Shown here piece after piece: positions 1-6,899 of a stretch of DNA of 33,028 nt (positions are counted from its first letter, which is position 1; each line of letters begins with the position of its first letter). The position numbers and the translations under genes are program-made. The stretch lies in assembly GCA_964430885.1 (NCBI GenBank), contig CAYSHM010000018.1, positions 28,205 to 61,232 on the forward strand. Reading direction: 5' to 3'. Origin of the DNA: an uncultured archaeon (GTDB lineage: Archaea > Thermoplasmatota > Penumbrarchaeia > JASLWR01). The notes beneath the pieces were generated by a model. That model saw only the letters and a list, made by a program, of their open reading frames with translations. It did not search any database and was not told the origin of the DNA.

Positions 1-857
1 GCAATTTCAGGCTGCACCTCAGGCTCTGCGGCCTCGGGTTCTTCATGAACTTCGGGTTCCGCTGCTGTTTCCGGTTCTTCGGCAACTTCAGGCTCGGCTG
101 CCGCTGGTTCTTCCTGGACTGCGGTAATCCGTGCCTCCAGGATTTCACATCCATCCTGAAGCACCGAGAGCATCCCAGCGAGGTCTCCGCTCTTCCTAAG
201 CTCTGCTATGAGAACAAGTTTTGATCTGACATCGCGGATATCCATTCCCCTTTCCTGGGCGTTCTTCATAAGTGATTTCATCTTCACCGATGCTTCCTTT
301 ATCTGCTGGCCTAGATTTGAGGAGGGGGGGGGACTGGGGGGTTTGGGGGCTGAGGGAAGGGCCGGCCTTTGGGGTTCCGCCAGGGGTGCGGTATCCTCAG
401 AAGGCCCAGGGACTTGTTCTTCCTGGTCCCCTGCATCGCCCTCCAGCAGTTTGAACAGATCGTTCAGCTTACCCAGGGCGCCCAGATAATCCCTTTTCTT
501 TGTCTGAGAGGAAATCTGGATAAAATAGTCCCTGGCGCCATCCGGCAGAGTACCCGCCTGCATGCGCTGGGACAACTGGGTCTTGGCTCCCAGAAGCTTC
601 TCCTTTATCATATCCCTGACGGCTCCGGCCTCGAAGGCTTTAAAATCCTCATCTACGGCCTGCCTCTGTTCTATAAGCTCAGTCATATCACTGGAGTCAA
701 ATTTTCCAGTTATGGCCTCCATTTTGGCCATGATAGAGCTAGTATCGAGACCCAGGGAGGAATATCCATTCACAACTTCAAACCTATTCTTGTACCAATC
801 CAGGTAATCTGCATCTATTCCGGTTCCGCTTTGATCAGGTTCAGCATCATTCGGCAT
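1..857 (-). CDS. Hypothetical protein, truncated at the window edge (N-terminal ~285 aa visible); helical segments separated by Pro-rich and Glu/Pro/Ala-rich linkers
   Basis: Absent from the ORF track because it has no stop inside the window. I translated it manually from ATG at 857 (preceded by GTGAG): MPNDAEPDQSGTGIDADYLDWYKNRFEVV...PALPSAPKPPSPPPSSNLGQQIKE...EEPAAAEPEVAEEPETAAEPEVHEEPEAAEPEVQPEI, open to the edge. The + strand ORFs at 208-875 are its antisense shadows. Confidence 0.85.
   Translation of the reverse strand, partial: MPNDAEPDQSGTGIDADYLDWYKNRFEVVNGYSSLGLDTSSIMAKMEAITGKFDSSDMTELIEQRQAVDEDFKAFEAGAVRDMIKEKLLGAKTQLSQRMQAGTLPDGARDYFIQISSQTKKRDYLGALGKLNDLFKLLEGDAGDQEEQVPGPSEDTAPLAEPQRPALPSAPKPPSPPPSSNLGQQIKEASVKMKSLMKNAQERGMDIRDVRSKLVLIAELRKSGDLAGMLSVLQDGCEILEARITAVQEEPAAAEPEVAEEPETAAEPEVHEEPEAAEPEVQPEI
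3..115 (-). repeat. Three degenerate tandem 10-12 aa repeats, EEPx(x)AAEPEV, within the truncated CDS
   Basis: Translation reads EEPAAAEPEVA / EEPETAAEPEVH / EEPEAAEPEVQ; GGTTCTTC recurs on the + strand. Confidence 0.7.
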
Positions 858-1340
858 GTATCTCACAACCTATAAAATATGTATAAGAACAAAAATCGCT
901 TATCGTGTTCATATATCAGATAGAACGGATCGTCTTAACAGATCATATCCGCCCGGTTTTCCACTCTTTCCACTGTCATATTCAAATTTCTCGGGAATGG
1001 AATTTTTTTCTACATTATACTGATTATATAATTAAGTTTTCCCCTAATGAAATAATTCTGCTTTATACCAAGGGTTTTTGGGGTAGTCCTCAACAGTCTA
1101 AAAAGGTTTATGGCCAACATATAAAGAATCAAAGCGGAATTTAAAATCCAACGAACATATCAAGAAAAAGTTCAGTTCCATGGGGTTTCACTTCTAAATG
1201 AATTCAGAAATAATTTCAAAATAGTACGGTAGAGATACTTCCATGAAAGATTTATTAACGAATTTAAGCTATTCATTGGGATTGTTCAGGATCACACGTA
1301 AAGTGTCCAAGCTGGATGATCCATATAATATGATCCATTC

Positions 1341-2525
1341 ATGGAAAACTCCAAAGGATCGCTGCGGAGGGTATTGACAATGACTAAGAGCGGACCGGCA
1401 AGGGTTCAACTATCCGAGGAATGCAGGGGCGTCATAGCCCAGGCTGACGACGCTAACAGGATACACAACAAACACTACTTCGGCGTCCCCCTTCCAGGAG
1501 GCGGACTTGAACTATCATCACTGGAAAACGTCTATCTCCATGAGAAAGGGCGTGTAAGGGTGTTCTTCCAGGAGAGGGAGCTGGGATTCCAGGAGATTAT
1601 TTCCTTTCTCAAAGGGAGAACAGGGTTCGACTATCAGCTCTATATCGCCTACAGGGACCTCAAGTCCCGGGGCTTTATAGTGAAGTTCACCTCCCCCTTT
1701 GCCTTCTCACTCTATCCGGGTGGTGCCAAGATCTCCAAGACCCTTTCCAAGGTATTTGCAGATGTGTTCTCGGAGAGGGACAGGGTGGACACCTCGGAAC
1801 TCAGGAACAGGGTAAAGAGGGCCGTTGACCTCCGAAAGGATTATATGGTTCAGATAATAGACGAAGAAGGGGATGTGACCTATTACAGAATCGGTCTCAT
1901 GAGGCCCAAGGGCAGTGCAGCCCCCAAGGTAAGGGATGCCAGGATAAAAGGGACCCTCCAGGGGGGCCGGATAGTGGTGTTCGATACCCGGGACATGGAC
2001 CTGCTATGGGTAAGGGAGTTCCTGGGCCAAAGACAGCTTTCCACCCATCAGTTCTCACTTGTGGAAGGGATACACCTTATGGACAGAGGAGTCCTGGAAC
2101 TGGAGGATAGTGACGAGAAAGCACCTGACATCGAGGCATTGATGGAATTGGGCAGGGAGGCCGAAAAGAACTTCGATAAAAGGTATGAGCTCTACTGTGA
2201 CCTGAAAAAGAGAGGGTTCATCGTGAAGACAGGGTTCAAGTACGGTGCACATTTCCGCGCCTACCAGAGCGATCCGGACAGGGAGCACGCTGACCTTCTT
2301 TTCCACTATATTGACGGAGATGCCGAGCTGACATGGTCAGATGTTTCCAGAAGCGTAAGGGTGGCCCACGGAGTGAAAAAGAAGATGGTGTTCGGCTTCA
2401 CACTTGCCCTGCCCAAAGAGATGGACGGTAACGAAACGGAAGAGGGGGAAGGTAAAGGAAGTGACCCCAAGGCCAGGGATAAACTCGACTACATCATGAT
2501 AAAGAGGGAGAAACCCTACAGCTGA
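1341..2525 (+). CDS. endA: tRNA-intron (splicing) endonuclease, two-unit homodimeric (alpha2) type; start may be 1380
   Basis: Two repeats of the YxDLKxRG(F/Y)IVK motif. The C-terminal unit has GFKYGAHFRAY (Tyr), HAD (His) and GVKKK (Lys). The N-terminal unit lacks them but has the acidic loop DEEGDVTYY. GGAGG at 1366-1370 precedes ATG 1380. Confidence 0.93.
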   Translation: MENSKGSLRRVLTMTKSGPARVQLSEECRGVIAQADDANRIHNKHYFGVPLPGGGLELSSLENVYLHEKGRVRVFFQERELGFQEIISFLKGRTGFDYQLYIAYRDLKSRGFIVKFTSPFAFSLYPGGAKISKTLSKVFADVFSERDRVDTSELRNRVKRAVDLRKDYMVQIIDEEGDVTYYRIGLMRPKGSAAPKVRDARIKGTLQGGRIVVFDTRDMDLLWVREFLGQRQLSTHQFSLVEGIHLMDRGVLELEDSDEKAPDIEALMELGREAEKNFDKRYELYCDLKKRGFIVKTGFKYGAHFRAYQSDPDREHADLLFHYIDGDAELTWSDVSRSVRVAHGVKKKMVFGFTLALPKEMDGNETEEGEGKGSDPKARDKLDYIMIKREKPYS

Positions 2526-2704
2526 ACAGGCTGATCCCTGATGTATGGCAGGGGTCATTTTGGCTATGGAAAATACAAAATTAAGCATAGATTAAAATAA
2601 TATTGTCAAATCTTAGTGAAGTATCATTGACCAAGGATGTGCGAGGGACATCCTATGGCCGGATTCTTGTATCAGCTATCAAATAACTTATACGGTGTAG
2701 AGAG

Positions 2705-3217
2705 ATGCCCAAACTGCCAACGGAGATACTACAGAAAAGACTGCAGCAGGAGCTGATGATGTGCAAGCGAAAACTGCGCCATGAGATCAAGATAGACAAA
2801 CCCGATTTCGCAGATTTCCCGGTGACATTGGAGGTCACCATGAGCAGGGTCCCGGGACCGGTGGTGAAGATGAACAGGGTCACCCACAGATGGAAGCATG
2901 TGTTCACCATGAGGATCACCGATGAGTATCCCTACAAGAAACCCATTGTCAGATGGCATACGGAAATATTCCATCCCAACATAATGCTTCCACTGGACGG
3001 CGGTTACGTCTGCACAAAACTACTTGATACATGGGATTTCCAATCCAACCTTCTGTCCTTCATTCAGGCGGTGGAATCACTGCTCTCCAATCCAAATCCC
3101 CGAAGCCCCTACGGCTCGGAGAGCTGCATGAACGCTGCCAGATATTTCATAGATAATGATTACAATCCTCCAGGGATAGTCTCATCCACCAAGAGCGGGC
3201 CCCAGATAATAAAGTGA
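2705..3217 (+). CDS. Ubiquitin-conjugating enzyme E2 (UBC fold), eukaryote-like
   Basis: YPYKKPIVRWHTEIFHPNI...GGYVCTKLLDTWDFQSNLLSFIQAVESLLSNPNPRSP matches the UBC consensus YPxxPPxVxFxTxIxHPNI-G-(I/V)C...W...SLLxxPNPxxP. HPN is at aa 90-92 and the active-site Cys at aa 103 (TGC 3011-3013). Confidence 0.92.
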   Translation: MPKLPTEILQKRLQQELMMCKRKLRHEIKIDKPDFADFPVTLEVTMSRVPGPVVKMNRVTHRWKHVFTMRITDEYPYKKPIVRWHTEIFHPNIMLPLDGGYVCTKLLDTWDFQSNLLSFIQAVESLLSNPNPRSPYGSESCMNAARYFIDNDYNPPGIVSSTKSGPQIIK

Positions 3218-3363
3218 TATTTCATATCTTCATACTCTAGTTCACAATATTCATTTACATATAATCAATATAATATGGAACAATCAATTTAATACCTGAT
3301 AATCAGTCAAATACCGAATGATCAAGATAATACTGTATAGAACCACTTTCCGGGTGATATAGA

Positions 3364-3504
3364 ATGGGAAAGATAAAGATCGTCAGCGAGACAAAGAAAG
3401 AGACAGTGGAAAAGGAGCCCCCTGCAAACATCGACTTCAAATATGTGCCGGGGGAGACAGACATGAACGATATGAAGAAATTCTTGAAGAAATACCTCTC
3501 ATGA
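3364..3504 (+). CDS. Small 46-aa ORF (MGKIKIVSETKKETVEKEPPANIDFKYVPGETDMNDMKKFLKKYLS); stand-alone peptide or frameshifted N-terminus of the downstream JAMM protein
   Basis: Below the ORF-track length cutoff. GGTGA Shine-Dalgarno at 3353-3357, 6 nt before the ATG. Composition is coding-like after an AT-rich spacer. Confidence 0.65.
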   Translation: MGKIKIVSETKKETVEKEPPANIDFKYVPGETDMNDMKKFLKKYLS

Positions 3505-3556
3505 AAGAAGAGGATTTCCTTCATACCTAGAATCAGTCATACAGGCAGGTATCCAT

Positions 3557-5089
3557 ATGCAACTGAACCCCACTAGAGAGGACAAGACCGTAGACATGTT
3601 CATAGACAAGAGCGCGGTCAAGAAGATGCTCAAGCACTGCAGGGACTTCCGGGACGCCCGGCTGGAGGTTATGGGGTTCATGTTGGGACACAAGTACTCC
3701 TGGGGCGGAAAGGACTATACCGTAGTGGAGGAGGTCCTGACTTCTGATCTGGACACCTCATCGGTATCCGTGAAGTTCGCATCCTTCGAGCCTCTTTTCC
3801 AGGAGCTGGACCGTCTGGAGAAGGAAGGAAAGGACTATATTCTGGTGGGCTGGTATCATTCCCATCCAGGACATACGTCATTCATGTCACCCACGGATGT
3901 CAATACCCAAAGACAGATGTTCAGCAAGGAGTACCAGTCAGCCATAGTCATCGATCCCATCAGCATCGAGATGAAGGCCTTCGCACTTCAGAACAACGAG
4001 GTATACGAGAAACCCTACGCCATTCTTGATACCGAAGCAGGCGCTCCGGACGATGAGGATATCTACGAGGCCGAGATGGTAGAGGAGGAGTTGGTGGAGG
4101 CGGAGATGGTGGATGAGCTCACCAGTAAACCCGGCAGGAAACCCTCCTACAAAGAACCACTGAATCCTATACTGGACACCAGAGAGGTTGACCTTTTCAT
4201 CAGGAAGAAGGCAGCTGAGAAAATGCTGGAGCACTGCCGGGAATACCGGGACAGCCAGCTCGAGGTAATGGGATTCATGGTGGGTCACAGATTTGCATGG
4301 GGCGGTAGCGAGTTCACCGTGGTGGAGGATGTGGTAACCTCGGAGCTGGATGCCTCAGCAGTATCGGTAAAGTTCGCAAGTTTTGACGGTGTGTTCTCCG
4401 AGCTGGACAGAATGGAGAAACAGGGCAAGGACTACATTCTTGTGGGATGGTACCACTCCCATCCCGGCCATACATCCTTCATGTCCCCTACGGATATCGA
4501 TACCCAGCGGCAGATGTTCAAGAAAAAATATCAATCAGCCATTGTCATCGATCCCATCAACATCGAGATGAAAGCCTTCACCCTCAGGGGAGAGGATGTT
4601 TACGAGAAACCCTTTGCAGTACTCTGGGGCGAGGACGATGCACCAGCTATGGACGCTCCGGACGACATCTATGACGTCTTTGAGGACGACAGCATCCTTG
4701 ACGCTGACATACTTGAGGAGAAGACCAGAGGCGAGCTTACTGATGAATGGAAGGAGGAATGGCAGACTGAAGAACTTCCTCCTGCGGAACCGGAGATAGA
4801 ATTCGAGGCCGGTGAAGAAGAAGAGGACGAGGACGTTCTTTTCGACCCCATCTTGGACGATGAATTGTACGACGATATTGAGAACACAGAAGGCCCGGAA
4901 GAACACGATGACAAACTGGGCATTCTGGATTACAGCATGATCGCGGCCCCGGTGCTCTTCGGGGTATTGGGCGGCGCCTTCGGTTATATTTTTGAAAAGG
5001 ACAAGAGCAGGTCCTACAGCTATTTCCTGCTGATAGCCGGCATTATACTCTCCATCTTTTGGTACAGCATGAGCTATGTGATATATTAA
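3557..5089 (+). CDS. Tandem JAMM/MPN+ (Mov34/Rpn11-like) metallo-isopeptidase with acidic linker and two C-terminal transmembrane helices
   Basis: Two copies of EVMGFM(L/V)G...ILVGWYHSHPGHTSFMSPTD(V/I)xTQ...AIVIDP (E37/H101/H103/D114 and E236/H300/H302/D313). A ~100-aa D/E-rich stretch follows, then the hydrophobic segments MIAAPVLFGVLGGAFGYIF and YFLLIAGIILSIFWYSMSYVIY. Confidence 0.92.
   Translation: MQLNPTREDKTVDMFIDKSAVKKMLKHCRDFRDARLEVMGFMLGHKYSWGGKDYTVVEEVLTSDLDTSSVSVKFASFEPLFQELDRLEKEGKDYILVGWYHSHPGHTSFMSPTDVNTQRQMFSKEYQSAIVIDPISIEMKAFALQNNEVYEKPYAILDTEAGAPDDEDIYEAEMVEEELVEAEMVDELTSKPGRKPSYKEPLNPILDTREVDLFIRKKAAEKMLEHCREYRDSQLEVMGFMVGHRFAWGGSEFTVVEDVVTSELDASAVSVKFASFDGVFSELDRMEKQGKDYILVGWYHSHPGHTSFMSPTDIDTQRQMFKKKYQSAIVIDPINIEMKAFTLRGEDVYEKPFAVLWGEDDAPAMDAPDDIYDVFEDDSILDADILEEKTRGELTDEWKEEWQTEELPPAEPEIEFEAGEEEEDEDVLFDPILDDELYDDIENTEGPEEHDDKLGILDYSMIAAPVLFGVLGGAFGYIFEKDKSRSYSYFLLIAGIILSIFWYSMSYVIY
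3560..4625 (+). repeat. Intragenic direct duplication of the JAMM domain (period 597 nt, 199 aa)
   Basis: Residues ~2-157 align with ~202-356. A 24-aa core is identical in protein (nt 3827-3898 vs 4424-4495). Confidence 0.9.
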
Positions 5090-5146
5090 AACCGAGCGGG
5101 GAACGCGCCGGCGGGCACATCGGAGCAAAGAAAAAGATCCGCTTTT
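5090..5146. terminator. Probable terminator region between convergent genes
   Basis: GC-rich segment flanked by U-tracts: TCTTTTTCTTT on the minus strand after the DUF355 stop, and GCTTTTT on the plus strand. Confidence 0.35.
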
Positions 5147-5635
5147 TCAAACCAGTTTGTAGCCGATGGTTCGGAGGAACTTTCTTCTGGCTTCCTTCTG
5201 CTCCTTGTTCTCCACAGCCGAGGCCGAACCGCCGTCTATGACACCCAGGATCCCGCGGCCCTCTCCGTCATCAGCCACTATCACCTTGGCGGGATTGCCT
5301 GTAGCGCAGAAGATATGGCATATCTCGGGGATGTTCCTTACAGCGCTGAGGACGTTAAGGGGGAAGGCGTTGCCTAAAAATATGATAAAGGAATGACCTG
5401 CGCCTATTTTCATTGCATTCTTTGCTGCCAGCTCTGCAAGCTCTTCATTATTCCCCTCAGTCCTTACAAGTCTTGAATCCGATGCCTCACAGAAGGCCAG
5501 CCCGAACTCGATCCCAGGTACGCTGTTCATAAGAGCCTCGTAAAGACCCTCTGCGGATTTGGGCGCAAAGTGTGCTTGGCCAAGTATGAAGTTCATATCC
5601 TCTGGTTTATCTATATCTACCTTTAGGATTTTCAT
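5147..5635 (-). CDS. Adenosine-specific kinase family protein (DUF355)
   Basis: KPEDMNFILGQAHF, FGLAFCEAS, IGAGHSFIIFL, IFCATGNP, GRGILGVIDG and RRKFLRTIGYK are characteristic of the family. GGTGA RBS upstream. Confidence 0.88.
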   Translation of the reverse strand: MKILKVDIDKPEDMNFILGQAHFAPKSAEGLYEALMNSVPGIEFGLAFCEASDSRLVRTEGNNEELAELAAKNAMKIGAGHSFIIFLGNAFPLNVLSAVRNIPEICHIFCATGNPAKVIVADDGEGRGILGVIDGGSASAVENKEQKEARRKFLRTIGYKLV

Positions 5636-5757
5636 AAAAAATCACCTTTGAGATTACTGTTGTTATTAGTGAATTATTTTGATTTTTTATACGTGCTGAA
5701 TTGGTTCTTGAAGTTTCAATATGTGCCGAGGTTATGGATTGGTATGTTCTCGGCCGG

Positions 5758-6657
5758 CTACTGGTCCGCGGGCTGAGGGGTATCATTTTCCGATGAGGGT
5801 CCATCATCCTGAGTAGCGTTCTTTGGACCCTTCCCGCCCTTGAACCTAAGATCCAGACAGTTCACCGGGCAGACATCCTCGCACCTACCGCAGAGTATGC
5901 ACTCCGGTGATCGGTTCTCCTTGACAACATCGATGTCCATGGGACAGGCTCTGGTGCATTTGTTGCAGTGTATGCAGGCGTCGTCATCCCTGTAAAGCCT
6001 CAGGAAGGATATCTTGTTGAAGGGAGCGGTCCAGGCCCCGTAGGGACATAGGTATCGGCACCAGCCTCTTGTGAATAGAAGAACCAGTAGGAGGAAGATC
6101 ACGGTGAACACTATCTTCATAGTCAGATAATCCCCGGCCACCCATTGATCTCCGTTGTAGAGGGATACCCCCAGTGTGGGAATGGTGGCAGTGACCATGC
6201 CCCCGGGACAGTAGAGACAGAACCATTTAACCTTGGTGAAGTAGGGCATGACCAAAAGAATCCCCAGAAGTCCGTACTTGACATAGCGTGCCCATTTTAT
6301 GCTGGGCGGTTTTATCTTCTTGTTTATCCTTCGGGTGAAGGGAGAGATCAGGTCCTGGAGTGTGCCCATGGGACAGGCCCAGCCGCAGAAGGCTCTGCCG
6401 AATATCATTGCCACTACACCCACGAAACCGAACACGTAGAGTCCCATCTTCAGCCATGAATCGGTTGTTATACCAAGTACAGAATGCTGAGCGGCACCAA
6501 GGGGACAGTTGCCTACCGCTCCAGGGCATGCGACACAAAAGAAATAGGGATAGATGATCCCTGTCATTGCAATGCCGAAGACACCTATGACCGATACTAT
6601 AAGGAACAAAGCCTGGGATGCCTTTCTCAACGAACCCTTCCTCATATAAATCCTCAT
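5758..6657 (-). CDS. Membrane polyferredoxin (NapH/MauN-like 4Fe-4S binding protein)
   Basis: Several TM segments; GRAFCGWACPMG and RGWCRYLCPYG motifs; C-terminal CIHCNKCTRACP and CILCGRCEDVCP. Confidence 0.88.
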   Translation of the reverse strand: MRIYMRKGSLRKASQALFLIVSVIGVFGIAMTGIIYPYFFCVACPGAVGNCPLGAAQHSVLGITTDSWLKMGLYVFGFVGVVAMIFGRAFCGWACPMGTLQDLISPFTRRINKKIKPPSIKWARYVKYGLLGILLVMPYFTKVKWFCLYCPGGMVTATIPTLGVSLYNGDQWVAGDYLTMKIVFTVIFLLLVLLFTRGWCRYLCPYGAWTAPFNKISFLRLYRDDDACIHCNKCTRACPMDIDVVKENRSPECILCGRCEDVCPVNCLDLRFKGGKGPKNATQDDGPSSENDTPQPADQ

Positions 6658-6899
6658 TTCAACATATCAACATATTAATTATTTTGCTGGAAATTCTGTG
6701 AGAATGATACCAGGGCGTTATTTAGTTCAGAAAGGGAGCCATTGTATTATTATTATTGTAAGATTATGGATAAAAAAATCATAAATCCAGGTTTGTAAAT
6801 TTGTAGAGAAAACATTATAAGGTATAAATTTAATTCTTTCTTCACTGCCTTCTTATTGGAATTCAGCTGAAAAGGGCTATACACCAACAGGAGTGTGAG

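Noticed and set aside
319-348. G-runs suggesting a G-quadruplex or contingency tract
   Set aside because: Explained by Pro codons (PKPPSPPP) of the minus-strand CDS.
905-1144. 79-aa ORF in the divergent intergenic region (similarly 6753-6971 and 26708-26902)
   Set aside because: AT-rich promoter-like DNA, no convincing RBS and atypical composition; likely spurious.
858-2704. tRNA or other RNA gene near endA (also checked near rnz and in other spacers)
   Set aside because: No cloverleaf with a T-loop GTTCRA and acceptor stem, and no CRISPR-like periodic repeats, seen by eye; tRNAscan-SE/Infernal would be decisive.
3364-3504. Small ORF between E2 and JAMM as a ubiquitin or Pup-like tag
   Set aside because: Too short for a beta-grasp fold and has no GG or GGE/GGQ motif.
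2705-5089. CBASS/Bil/Pycsar-type anti-phage E2-JAB system
   Set aside because: No CD-NTase, E1, Ubl or effector nearby. Both proteins look eukaryote-like rather than Cap2/Cap3-like, and the context is housekeeping.
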